Position numbers and translations under genes: made by a program
Assembly (NCBI GenBank): GCA_963974215.1
Contig: CAXBBL010000010.1
Span: forward strand, 1 to 64,000
Direction: 5' to 3'
Length of the DNA: 64,000 nt
From: an uncultured Schleiferiaceae bacterium
GTDB taxonomy: Bacteria > Bacteroidota > Bacteroidia > Flavobacteriales > Schleiferiaceae
Notes under the pieces: generated by a model
Databases searched by the model: none
Told to the model about the DNA's origin: nothing
The model's input: only the letters and a program-made list of their open reading frames with translations
Shown here: piece by piece, positions 21,450-31,400 of the stretch
Layout of the letters: every line of letters starts with the position of its first letter
How positions within the stretch are numbered: the first letter of the stretch is position 1

Positions 21450-22690
21450 GTCGTTATCAAGAAACGCTGGACTGGTTGTTTCAGCAATTACCCATGTATC
21501 AACGCGTGGGCAAAGTGGCTTACAAAGCCGATCTAAATAATACTATCGCCCTAATGAAACTTTTAGGGGAACCACAAAACTCCTTTAAAAGCATACATGT
21601 GGCGGGCACCAATGGGAAAGGTTCTTCTTCGCACATGTTGGCCGCCATTTTTCAGGCAGCTGGTTATAAAACCGGACTTTATACTTCACCCCATTTAGTA
21701 GATTTCCGAGAACGCATTCGGATAAATGGCGAGTGTATTGCCCCAGAAAAAGTTTGTGATTTTGTAGATAGCTATAAAGACAGTTTTAGTCAATTAGGAC
21801 TTAGCTTTTTTGAAATGACCGTTGGCCTTGCCTTTCATCATTTCCGCGAAGAAAAAGTTGACATTGCCATTATTGAAGTGGGTATGGGTGGTCGATTGGA
21901 TAGCACCAATGTTATTGATCCCCTAATCAGTTTAATCACCAATATTGGCTGCGACCATACTGAGTTTTTAGGTGATACCCTGGAAAAGATAGCAGTAGAA
22001 AAAGCTGGTATTATCAAGGCCAATAGGCCCGTGGTAATCAGTGAAATTCAAGCGGAAACCAAAGAAGTATTTAAGGCCAAAGCATACGAAGTATCGGCCC
22101 CAATTTATTTTGCACTGCAGGAAATCACCTATCAGCAAAGTAAATATAGCAGCGATTTAATTGGCAGATACCAAGCTAAAAACTTGCTGGGTGTCTTAAT
22201 GGTTATCCGTTTAGCTGAAAAACTAGGTTTCAATTTACAAGACCATATTCAAGAAGGATTAAGCTCCGTAACCAAGCTTACTGGTTTGCGCGGTCGCTGG
22301 GATATTATTCAAGAAAACCCATTAACCGTCTGCGATACGGGCCATAACGAAGCCGGAGTGCGCGAACTTATTGACCAAATTAAAAGCAATAGCTTCCGTC
22401 AACTTCATATGGTTTGGGGAATGGTGGGCGATAAGGACAGTAAAACAATTTTAAGTTTACTGCCCAAGAGTGCCATTTACTATTTCTGCGCGGCCTCTAT
22501 TCCTCGTGCGAAAGATGCCGATGCTTTAAAACAAGAAGCCTTAAAGCTTGGCCTTGCGGGCAAGAGCTATTCATCGGTAGAGGAAGCCTATCAGCAAGCG
22601 CAAAAAAACACCCATGCCGACGATTTCATATTTGTGGGAGGAAGCACCTTTGTGGTGGCCGATTTTTTAAAGTCCATCGACCAAATCTAA
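21446..22690 (+). CDS. folC: Bifunctional folylpolyglutamate synthase / dihydrofolate synthase
   Basis: 414 aa. P-loop HVAGTNGKGSS. Mur-ligase fold. The start appears to be TTG at 21446, overlapping the tonB TGA stop, so the start is uncertain. Confidence 0.85.
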   Translation: MSRYQETLDWLFQQLPMYQRVGKVAYKADLNNTIALMKLLGEPQNSFKSIHVAGTNGKGSSSHMLAAIFQAAGYKTGLYTSPHLVDFRERIRINGECIAPEKVCDFVDSYKDSFSQLGLSFFEMTVGLAFHHFREEKVDIAIIEVGMGGRLDSTNVIDPLISLITNIGCDHTEFLGDTLEKIAVEKAGIIKANRPVVISEIQAETKEVFKAKAYEVSAPIYFALQEITYQQSKYSSDLIGRYQAKNLLGVLMVIRLAEKLGFNLQDHIQEGLSSVTKLTGLRGRWDIIQENPLTVCDTGHNEAGVRELIDQIKSNSFRQLHMVWGMVGDKDSKTILSLLPKSAIYYFCAASIPRAKDADALKQEALKLGLAGKSYSSVEEAYQQAQKNTHADDFIFVGGSTFVVADFLKSIDQI

Positions 22691-22691
22691 A

Positions 22692-23384
22692 CTAAGCCAG
22701 GCTAGTCCACAAACGGCCAAATTCATTTTTAAAGCTGCGAATCAAACCTGCATCTTCTAATACTACAATGTTTTCGTAATTGCTGCTTGCCGCAGAACGG
22801 GTCCAATTATAACTGCCCGTTATTAAAAAGGCACTATCGAATAGGGCGAATTTGTGGTGCATATGCACTTTCGTGTGATCGGTTCTGAGCGGAATTCCCT
22901 TTTGATGCAGATAATCCACATCCGAGCCCATATCAAAAGCCTTATCATTATCGGTGATAATCCGCACTCGTAATCCTCGTTGATGCGCCGCCAAAATAGC
23001 CTCACTAATAATATCATCACTAATGGTGAAAACGCAGATATCTACAGAGGTTTTCGCGTTTGCCAGTTGATATAATATCGCATCTCTACACGCGTCGCCT
23101 GGACTAAAATAAGCGCGACCTTTAAATTCTTTACTCTCTCCGTTTGAGCCTAAAACTAATTTAGCTCCTTCGTAAAACCAGCTTAAAAGATGCTGCGATT
23201 CAGTATCAGCACTTGCTTCTAAAGCAAGATCTCTAAATTTACTCAGCAACCAAGAATTATTAGCATCATCAAAGTTTAATTCTTTTAGTAATGCCTTTAA
23301 ATCCCTTCGTTCTTGTCGCGATAAATATTGATCCTCTATCGAGCGCTCCATCTCCTCAAGAAGCTTGGCAATTTCAATTTTCAT
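22692..23384 (-). CDS. Phospholipase D-family protein with a single HKD motif (Nuc-like nuclease/phosphodiesterase)
   Basis: 230 aa. One HxKxxxxD motif (HMHHKFALFD) followed by GSYNWT. It is about half the size of a two-HKD cardiolipin synthase, and has a ~90-aa helical N-terminal extension. Confidence 0.75.
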   Translation of the reverse strand: MKIEIAKLLEEMERSIEDQYLSRQERRDLKALLKELNFDDANNSWLLSKFRDLALEASADTESQHLLSWFYEGAKLVLGSNGESKEFKGRAYFSPGDACRDAILYQLANAKTSVDICVFTISDDIISEAILAAHQRGLRVRIITDNDKAFDMGSDVDYLHQKGIPLRTDHTKVHMHHKFALFDSAFLITGSYNWTRSAASSNYENIVVLEDAGLIRSFKNEFGRLWTSLA

Positions 23385-23393
23385 AAGTCATTT

Positions 23394-24158
23394 TTATTTA
23401 GAAAGCTTCGAGATTTCACTTTTCAGTAGATCGATTTGCTCCTGAAAAGCACCTGCGCTGCTAATATTTTTAGTTATCACTTGCTCTATCTGCCACAAAT
23501 CTACTATCGCAGTGGGCGGGATTTCCTCTTGGTAATAATCACGTGAAGTAGCACTTATGCTTAATAGCTCTTTCTTAAGGCTCGTTAAACGACGTAGTTT
23601 CCAATCTTCAGCAGTTTCAAAAAGATAAATCTTCCCTTGCTCTGCCTTACTTAAGTTAAAGGAAGACTCCTTATAAGCGATTATAATATCACCCGCTCCA
23701 AAACCCACACCCTGCTCTAGCATGCTGTTATCTGCTAATTCAAAGGCCCGGTAATCTCCTCCCTTGGCTAGCGGTAAACTCAGCTGAGCCATTTGCAACA
23801 AGGCCTCACGGTCGGCTAGATATTCTGATTTTAAAAACTGGGTAATTAGCGGAATAGAGCGAAGACTGGGAGGGATTTTACTAGGGCGCAAGTTATGTTT
23901 TGCTCCTTTAATCAAATCCTTACGGAAGATATCGAAATGATAGAGATCATTTACTGACAAGTCCTTCTTTAGTAATTCATCCACCGAAATGCCAAAATGA
24001 TTAGCTATTTCTATAATGGTAGACAATTTCGGTTCCGCCCGACCTTCTTCATAAGCACCAATACTAGCTCTTTTAAGATTAAATAAGTCAGCAAAATCAC
24101 TCTGATTCAACCCTTTAACACCTCTAATCTTCTTAATGTTTTTTCCTATGCTTGACAT
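23394..24158 (-). CDS. HTH-XRE / S24 (LexA/CI-like) peptidase-domain transcriptional repressor
   Basis: 254 aa. N-terminal XRE helix-turn-helix (LNQSDFADLFNLKRASIGAYEEGRAEP). C-terminal S24-like Ser region ADNSMLEQGVGFGAGDIIIA with a downstream Lys. Forms an operon with the PLD gene. Confidence 0.75.
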   Translation of the reverse strand: MSSIGKNIKKIRGVKGLNQSDFADLFNLKRASIGAYEEGRAEPKLSTIIEIANHFGISVDELLKKDLSVNDLYHFDIFRKDLIKGAKHNLRPSKIPPSLRSIPLITQFLKSEYLADREALLQMAQLSLPLAKGGDYRAFELADNSMLEQGVGFGAGDIIIAYKESSFNLSKAEQGKIYLFETAEDWKLRRLTSLKKELLSISATSRDYYQEEIPPTAIVDLWQIEQVITKNISSAGAFQEQIDLLKSEISKLSK

Positions 24159-24187
24159 ATCTGCAAAAATTTATTGCTAATATTTTT

Positions 24188-24232
24188 GGCTAAACTAATT
24201 TTTTTAGTACTTTAGCCTTGTAAAACTAAAAA
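24188..24232. promoter_or_regulatory. Nested dyad symmetries in the divergent promoter region (candidate operator)
   Basis: ggctaaa(24188-94)/tttagcc(24211-17) and TTTTTAGT(24201-08)/ACTAAAAA(24225-32) are inverted repeats, with the palindrome AGTACT at the centre. Confidence 0.35.
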
Positions 24233-24348
24233 TATTATCATGAATTACTACAAAGAAGTTGAAAATCTTCCACCTCCACGGAAATTTGCATTATATTGAA
24301 AGCGTAAAACGCAGGAAAAAGAATACTAAATATTAAAACTTAAAATCA

Positions 24349-24744
24349 ATGACAAGCTATTTCGACAAGGTAAAATCATTTGTTCTAGACCTAGACCTTA
24401 GCATCGTATATCAAAACGAAGAGGAAGAAATTTTAGTAATTGAAGATGAGACTTCAGGTATTAGCAATTTGGTTTTAGCTTGTGCTGATCCGATTCTAAT
24501 TATGGAGCAATTTCTCTTCGAGCTAAAAAGCGACGATAAGGAAATCCTTAAAAACCTCTTAATAAAGAACCGCGACATTGTGCACGGTGCTTTTGCCCTA
24601 GACGAAAGTGGAAATCGCGTTATTTTCCGCGATACTTTACAAATCGAAAACCTTGACGCAAACGAATTAGAAGGGTCTATTAATAGCTTAGGCATGCTCT
24701 TAAGCGAATACTCCGACGAACTCATCAAATTTTCAAAACATTAA
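24349..24744 (+). CDS. YbjN/YjfI(DUF2170)-like small acidic protein
   Basis: 131 aa. Acidic. Sits immediately upstream of the pspA-family gene, as E. coli yjfI does relative to yjfJ. The call rests on size, composition and context, so it is tentative. Confidence 0.4.
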   Translation: MTSYFDKVKSFVLDLDLSIVYQNEEEEILVIEDETSGISNLVLACADPILIMEQFLFELKSDDKEILKNLLIKNRDIVHGAFALDESGNRVIFRDTLQIENLDANELEGSINSLGMLLSEYSDELIKFSKH

Positions 24745-24755
24745 AAAAAACAACA

Positions 24756-25484
24756 ATGAATATTTTAAGAAGACTTTTTAGCATCGGTAAAGCCGAAACC
24801 AATTCAGCTCTAGACAAACTGGAGGACCCTATTAAAATGACGGAGCAGGGTATCCGCGATTTAAAAATGGATTTAGACAAGGCACTGCACGCTTTGGCAG
24901 AAATCAAAGCGCTAAGCATTCGTGCTCGCAATGACCAAAGCAATTTCGAAAGCAAGGCTAAGGACTACGAAAAGAAAGCGATTATGCTGCTAGAACGCGC
25001 CGAAAAAGGCGACATGGAAATGGTGGAAGCAGAACGTCTTGCCAACGAAGCCTTAGTTAAGAAAAACGAAAACAAAGAACAGGCTCAACGCTCTTTAGCA
25101 GATAAAAACAAGTTCGATGGCAACATAAGCACCATGGAGTCGAATATCAAAAAACTTCGTCAGCAAATTAGTCAATACGAAAATGAGCTTAAAACCCTGA
25201 AAGCCAGAGTTAAAGTTAGCTCAGCAACTGTGAATATCAACAAGCAAATGTCTAAGATTGATGGCTCAGGTACCGTTAGCATGCTAGAGCGCATGAAAGA
25301 AAAAGTAGAGCAAGAAGAAGCGCTTGCTGAAAGCTACGGCGATATTGCCAATGAAAGCCGCTCGATTGATGAAGAAATCGACAAAGCCCTTGACGGCGCC
25401 AGCTCTAGCCAGGCCAGCGATGATCTAGCCGCATTAAAAGCACGCTTAGGCATGAACAAAGCCGACGACAGTAAAAGTGAATAA
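24756..25484 (+). CDS. pspA: PspA/IM30/Vipp1-family protein (bacterial ESCRT-III-like)
   Basis: 242 aa. N-terminal MNILRRLFSIGKAETNSALDKLEDPIKMTEQGIRDLKMDL is characteristic of the PspA/IM30 N-terminus. The whole length is coiled coil. Confidence 0.85.
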   Translation: MNILRRLFSIGKAETNSALDKLEDPIKMTEQGIRDLKMDLDKALHALAEIKALSIRARNDQSNFESKAKDYEKKAIMLLERAEKGDMEMVEAERLANEALVKKNENKEQAQRSLADKNKFDGNISTMESNIKKLRQQISQYENELKTLKARVKVSSATVNINKQMSKIDGSGTVSMLERMKEKVEQEEALAESYGDIANESRSIDEEIDKALDGASSSQASDDLAALKARLGMNKADDSKSE

Positions 25485-25494
25485 AAAATAAATC

Positions 25495-26139
25495 ATGAAC
25501 GAATTCCTTAATCTCATTTTCAACGGAGCCAATGCCATCCCCACGGGATTGCTCCTCTTCATCCTCCTTTATTGGATAATAGTAATTATTGGTCTTTTAG
25601 ATACCGAGTTTTTAGATTTCGATATCGACATTGATGGTGAAGCAGATTTTGAGATTGAGGGAGACGTCTCGGGCGATGTGTCTTGGTTAAATAATGTTCT
25701 CGTCTTTTTCAACCTCGGCCGCATCCCCTTTATGATTTGGCTAAGCTTTGTCAGCCTTCCGCTATGGCTGCTAAGCATTAACATCAATAACTTTTTAGGC
25801 ATCGAAAGCTTTATCTTCGGACTACTAAGTTTTATACCTCTGCTCTTTCTGAGCCTATTAATCTCTAAAGTGCTAACCACACCCTTCGTTCGCTTTTTCG
25901 AAAAATTAAATGAAGACAGTAAAAAGAAGGAAATTATTGGCAAAATAGGCACAGTTATCAGCCCTGCTTCCGACCTCAACAAAGGCATGGCCGAAATCAA
26001 CTATCAAGGCAGTTTTTTAAGACTCTATATCCGCAGTCCGAAAAGCCAGCCTGTACTTAAAGGTGAACAAGTGCTTTTTATTGAGAAGCTCGACGAACCA
26101 GGAGTTTACCTGGTAGAACCTCACCTCAGCATTAGCTAA
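25495..26139 (+). CDS. NfeD-like (YqiJ/YuaF-type) membrane protein with C-terminal OB-fold
   Basis: 214 aa. Multi-TM N-terminal half. C-terminal beta-rich segment GKIGTVISPASDLNKGMAEINYQGSFLRLYIRS...GEQVLFIEKLDEPGVYLVEP typical of the NfeD C-terminal domain. Directly precedes the flotillin gene. Confidence 0.65.
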   Translation: MNEFLNLIFNGANAIPTGLLLFILLYWIIVIIGLLDTEFLDFDIDIDGEADFEIEGDVSGDVSWLNNVLVFFNLGRIPFMIWLSFVSLPLWLLSININNFLGIESFIFGLLSFIPLLFLSLLISKVLTTPFVRFFEKLNEDSKKKEIIGKIGTVISPASDLNKGMAEINYQGSFLRLYIRSPKSQPVLKGEQVLFIEKLDEPGVYLVEPHLSIS

Positions 26140-26165
26140 AAACCAATCATTCTTTAATTCTCTTT

Positions 26166-28346
26166 ATGGAAATTTTTCAGCAAACCTACATGGTGATAAT
26201 CATTGTAGCCGTAGTTCTAATTTTCGGGATTATCGCCATGTTCTCCCGCTTCTATTACAAAACCTCCCAAGGCCAAGCTTTAGTTAAAACCGGTGTGGGT
26301 GGTATAAAAGTGTCCTTCAATGGCATGATGGTCATTCCTGTTCTTCACAAAGTGGAGATTATGGACATCTCTTTAAACACCATTACCATCGACCGCAAAG
26401 GCAAAGATGGCCTAGTGTGTAAAGACAACCTACGCGCCGATATAAACGTGGCCTTTTACGTACGCGTTAACGAAATGGTAGACGACGTAAAACGCGTTGC
26501 CCAATCCGTAGGCTGCAGCCGCGCCTCTTCTAAAGAAGCCTTGCGCTTACTTTTTGACGCTAAGTTTTCGGAAGCCTTAAAAACCGTAGGTAAAAAATTC
26601 GACTTCGTTGATTTATACAACCAGCGCGATGAGTTTAGAAGAGAGATTATTGACATTATTGGCACCGACCTAAATGGCTATGTCCTTGACGATGCCGCCA
26701 TCGACTTCCTAGAGCAAACTCCTCTAGAATCTTTGGATCCCAATAATATTTTAGATGCGGAAGGGATTAAAAAGATTACCGAAATCACTGCGAGAGAAGC
26801 GGTTAAAGCCAACTTCATTCAGCGTGATAAGGAAAAGGTAATTAAGCAACAAGATGTTGAAGCCCGCGAAGCAATCTTGGTTTTAGAAAGGCAATTAGCT
26901 GAAAGCGAAGAAAAACAGAAACGCGAAATAGCTAATGTTAAGGCGCGCGAAGAAGCGGAAATTGAAAAAGTAAACCAAGAGGAAAAACTCAAATCGGAAA
27001 GAGCTCGAATTGCTACCGAGGAAGAAATTGAGGTAAGCGAGCAAAATAAAGAGCGCCAAGTAATTGTGGCCGCCAAAAATAAAGAGCGCACCGAAGTTGT
27101 AGAAACGGAAAGAGTTGAAAAAGACCGTCAGCTAGAAGCTACAGAACGCGAACGCATTGTTACGCTTACGCAAATAGAAAAACAAAAAGCGATTGAAACC
27201 GAACAGAAAAACATTCAAGAAGTAATTCGTGAGCGGGTAGCCATTGAGAAAACTGTGGTAGATGAAGAAGAGCGCATCAAAGACACCCGTGCTTTCGCAG
27301 AAGCGGAAAGACTAAAAAGAGTGTCTATTACTAAAGCCGAAGAAGAAGCAGAAGCTTCACTGGTGCAAGAAATTAAAAAGGCGGAAGCCGCTAAATCAGC
27401 CGCTGAGTTTGGTGCCAAGCAGAAAATCATTGATGCCGATGCTGAACAACAAAGCTCGGTGCAAAAAGCAGAAGCCATTAAAGTTTTAGCCGAAGCCGAA
27501 GCCTCTCGTTTTGCCGCAGCAGGATTAGCCGAAGCCCGTGTATTAGAAGCCAAAGCCCAAGCGCGCGAGAAACAAGGGGAAGCAGAAGCTTCTGTTATTG
27601 AAGATCAAGCGATTGCTGAGGCACGCGGTATTGAAGCGAAGAGTTTAGCCCAAGCGGAAGCCGATTTAAGAATTGGTAAATCAGCCGCAGAAGTTAATCA
27701 AGCCACTGGCTTAGCCGAAGCGGAAGTAATTCGCAAGAAAGCGGAAGCGGAAAAAGAAAAAGGTCTAGCCGAAGCGCTAGTGAATTTGGAAAAAGCATCT
27801 GCGGAAGCGGAAGGAATTGACCGCAAAGCTAAAGCCATGAAAACCTTGAATGATGCTGGTAAAGATCACGAAGAGTTTAAACTACGTCTCGATAAAGACA
27901 AATCGGTAGAATTAGCTGGTATTCATATCCAGAAAGATATTGCCGATGCCCAAGCTCAAGTTTTATCAGAAGCATTACGCAGTGCTAAAATTGATATCGT
28001 TGGGGGTGAAAACGTCTTCTTCGACAAGATAGTAGGCGCCATCACTTCTGGAAAATCTATGGACCGTCGCATTGATAACTCGGTCGTATTTACCCAAGTG
28101 AAAGATCAGCTTCTTAATGACCCATCTGGCGCAAGCCTACTAGAAAAAGTACGGGGTATTGTAAAAGAATCGGGCATTAGTACCGAGGACCTTAGAAACC
28201 TTAGTGTGGCTTCTTTCCTTACCCGACTCATTAATAGTACCGACGATAGCAAGAAGCGCAGCGTGCTGGAACAAATGCTGAATTTTGCCAAACAAAACAA
28301 TTTGAGCAATAGCAGCGCTGACGATTTTGGCATCATCGAAGACTAA
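26166..28346 (+). CDS. Flotillin/SPFH (band-7, YqiK-like) protein with an extended Ala/Glu-rich coiled-coil
   Basis: 726 aa. N-terminal TM plus SPFH domain (VKTGVGGIKVSF...VIPVLHKVEIMDISLNTITI), then ~450 aa of AEA/EAE-rich repeats. Antisense ORFs 26456..26665, 26819..27091, 27215..27553 and 28106..28336 are repeat artefacts. Confidence 0.85.
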   Translation: MEIFQQTYMVIIIVAVVLIFGIIAMFSRFYYKTSQGQALVKTGVGGIKVSFNGMMVIPVLHKVEIMDISLNTITIDRKGKDGLVCKDNLRADINVAFYVRVNEMVDDVKRVAQSVGCSRASSKEALRLLFDAKFSEALKTVGKKFDFVDLYNQRDEFRREIIDIIGTDLNGYVLDDAAIDFLEQTPLESLDPNNILDAEGIKKITEITAREAVKANFIQRDKEKVIKQQDVEAREAILVLERQLAESEEKQKREIANVKAREEAEIEKVNQEEKLKSERARIATEEEIEVSEQNKERQVIVAAKNKERTEVVETERVEKDRQLEATERERIVTLTQIEKQKAIETEQKNIQEVIRERVAIEKTVVDEEERIKDTRAFAEAERLKRVSITKAEEEAEASLVQEIKKAEAAKSAAEFGAKQKIIDADAEQQSSVQKAEAIKVLAEAEASRFAAAGLAEARVLEAKAQAREKQGEAEASVIEDQAIAEARGIEAKSLAQAEADLRIGKSAAEVNQATGLAEAEVIRKKAEAEKEKGLAEALVNLEKASAEAEGIDRKAKAMKTLNDAGKDHEEFKLRLDKDKSVELAGIHIQKDIADAQAQVLSEALRSAKIDIVGGENVFFDKIVGAITSGKSMDRRIDNSVVFTQVKDQLLNDPSGASLLEKVRGIVKESGISTEDLRNLSVASFLTRLINSTDDSKKRSVLEQMLNFAKQNNLSNSSADDFGIIED

Positions 28347-28359
28347 ACAAAAGCCAACT

Positions 28360-28389
28360 AGAGCGCGTCTTACGGCGCGCTCTTTCTAA
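28360..28389 (+). terminator. GC-rich hairpin after the flotillin gene (weak T-tract)
   Basis: agagcgcg (28360-67) pairs with cgcgctct (28376-83) around an 8-nt loop, followed by ttct. It may only partly terminate before the 1638-aa gene. Confidence 0.45.
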
Positions 28390-28419
28390 ATAAAATCAAC
28401 CGCTTCAAGCTAATTTTGT

Positions 28420-31400
28420 ATGGCTCAAGAAAATCAAGAAGTAAATATTGAAATAGGTAGTTATGAAGTAATTCGTGACCGATTGCGTAATCATTCTGCC
28501 GATTTACAAGAGCGTTTACAACGCTTAAACGCGGCGCGCAAAGACGTTTTCGGAGCCACCGAAACCAAGCTGAAAGCAACGGAAAGAATTAGCACGGAAA
28601 ACAACTGCCTAGCCCGTGATATTATTCCTATCGGCGACAATTATTTTTGGTTCGGCTATAATGTACACATGGGCCTGAAAAGCGAAACCCATGTAAATGA
28701 TGTTTTTAGCACCTATCAGTTTCAGGAGGAAAGCCAAAACTTTAAGCTCTGTGAATCCACACTGCTTAATAATGAGCAGTTTTTACTAGACTTTGCCAAT
28801 CTATACCAATATTACCGCGAAACGGTTTTTAGCAAATTTGCCCGCATCGGCAATGCCATCTTTATGGTGTTTCGAGTAGGAAAAAGCGCTAATGATATTA
28901 AAACTTTCAAATGGTCGCTTATTGATGGTAAATATCAATACGCCGGCAACCGTAGTGACCATGAATTTAAATACCCTCAACAGCACGAATTCACTTGGGA
29001 AAAGGTCAGCCGCGATATGCATCGCAAAGGTTTACACCCTCACATCTCTATCAAGGATCGCGTTTTTATTGAAACTACCGGTGGCGATCTTACGCTAAAA
29101 ATTGAAGACAATACCGATACGGGTAAAGGCATTTACAGCGAACCCGTTGAAGACAAAGACCAAACGCTAGATGACGCGGAAATTTACTTTGCCATTATTG
29201 GCAACCTCATCGCTCTTAAAGTAAAACCCTACCAAGAAAAGGATTTTCGCTACATAGTATATAATGAGAAAATTCAAGCCTGTGCTCGCATGGACGCCTT
29301 GGAAGATTCTTGTGTTCTACTGCCCGATAACCAGGGGATCATTTTCGCCAAGGGTTATTATATCCAAACGGGGGAAGTGAAGCTCTTCGATATTCAGCTC
29401 AACAATATGCTTTTTGAGCGGAAAATAGCCTCTCAAAATGGCGAGGATTACCTCTATATCTTTTATCAAGCCGAAAGTGGTATTTATATTTTACTGAATT
29501 ATAACATTATAGATCAGAAGGTTGCCACGCCTATAATTTGCAATGGCTATACGCTATTTGAAAGCGGCGAACTTATTTTCTTTAAGGCCGAAGAGGAACA
29601 AAAAAGAGTACATCTCATCCAAATTTGGCAAACCCCCTTCTACTCGCCTAACCACGTGGTCGAAGCCCAAAGCGATTCCTACCTTTATAAAATTGGCAAT
29701 AAGGAAATTGTGCGTTTGATGAGCGAATGCAGTGAACTAATTAAGCTAATTGGCAAAGATGATCGCTACGCAAATTTATACACCGATTTAAGCAAGCAAA
29801 GTACTGGCATTATCGATGCCTACCATTGGATTAACCATGCCGAAGTAGAACAGATCTCCAAACCCATTGAAGCCATAAAAAGCACAGCCACTGCAGCCAT
29901 TGATGAATACGAGAAGGTTCTAAAAATTAAAGCCCATACAGCAGCGGAAAGTGCGAGCGTAATGGGAGAAGCCCATAAAGCCATTTCTAAAATAAAAAAT
30001 AGTCAGGCTAAAAATATTGACGAATACGTTAATCGCCTTGCCCTGCTGAGAGAGAATAAAGGGAAAGTAATTGCCTTAAAAGATCTGCGCTACAGCGACC
30101 TTACCGCCATTGAAGCCTTAGAAACTGAGCTAAGTGCGGTGAACGATCAATTATCGAAAGCCACTCTGAATTACCTTCTTCGCAAGGAAGCGCTAGAACC
30201 TTATGAATTAAAAACGGAAAAACTTAAGCAGGAGCTTGACCAAGCTAAAAAAGTAACAGAGCTTAATCGCTTAGCAGAAGACATTGTCCAAATTTCAGCT
30301 GAGCTCGACCTCTTGATTGAAATCGTAGGTAATTTAAAAATTGACGATGCCACTCAGTCGGTTAAAATCATTGACGCCATTTCTACGCTCTATGCGCAGT
30401 TTAACCGCATCAGCGCTCAGCTTAAAAACCGTAAAAAAGAATTACTTAGTCTCGAAGGCGAAGCAGAGTTTAAGTCACAAATAAAACTCATCAACCAAGG
30501 CCTTACCAATTACCTCAACTTGGCTGATTCAGCCGAAAAGTGCGATGAATACCTCAATAAGTTGATGGTACAGCTGGAGGAATTGGAAGCGAAATTCGCA
30601 GCCTTTGATGAGTTTATAGAAATCATTGCCGAAAAAAGGGAAGAGCTTTACAGTGCTTTTGACTCGAAGAAAGTTCAACTAAATGAAGCCTTAAACAAAC
30701 AAACGCTTAGTCTACAAAAATCGGGCGGTCGCATCATTAACGGCATCCAAAAAAGGCTAGCCAAGCTTAAGAACGAAGGCGAAATGCGCACCTTCTTTGC
30801 TAGCGATTTAATGATTGAAAAAGTACGTGGCATCGCCGAACAACTTTTATCATTAGGCGATTCGGTGAAAGCCGATGACCTTCTTAGTCAGTTAAAAACC
30901 AGCTACGAAGATGCCCTAAGACAAAGCAAAGACAAGCAGGAACTTTTTGTAAAGGGCGAAAATATCATTCAACTGGGCAAGCATCAGTTTAATGTAAACA
31001 CCCAAAGCATCGACCTCAGCATTGTTTATAAAGACGAGAATCTTTACTACCATATTAGTGGCACTAACTTTTTTGAAGCCTTGCAATCTGAGGCCGTTGA
31101 AGCAACCCGCAGCGTGTGGGACCAAAGCCTGAAAAGTGAAAATGCCCAAGTCTATCGCGCTGAGTATTTAGCTTATCACCTTTTTCTGGAAGCTCAACAT
31201 GGCCAGAACGAGGAAGAAACTAAAACTCTGGAAGAATTGCATCTTCTTAATGACAGCGATTTACAGGAATACGTGCAGCTTAAAATGGGCCGTAAATACG
31301 ATGAAGGTTATGTAAAAGGCGTGCACGATAAAGACGCTATGCTCATTTTAAAAGCCTTACTGAAACTTCATTTTAGCATCGGACTTTTACGTTATAGTAG

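Noticed and set aside
22692-23384. PLD-family ORF as cardiolipin synthase
   Set aside because: It has only one HKD motif and is 230 aa, whereas Cls enzymes have two HKD motifs and are about 480 aa. A Nuc-like single-HKD enzyme acting as a dimer is more consistent.
23394-24158. HTH-S24 repressor as a prophage CI marking an integrated phage
   Set aside because: No integrase, terminase, capsid or tail genes occur anywhere in the window, and the flanks are housekeeping genes (folC) and the psp-like cluster.
26456-28336. Antisense ORFs inside the flotillin gene (26456..26665, 26819..27091, 27215..27553, 28106..28336)
   Set aside because: They are low-complexity Ser/Ala translations of the reverse strand of the GCN/GAA-rich coiled-coil repeat region.
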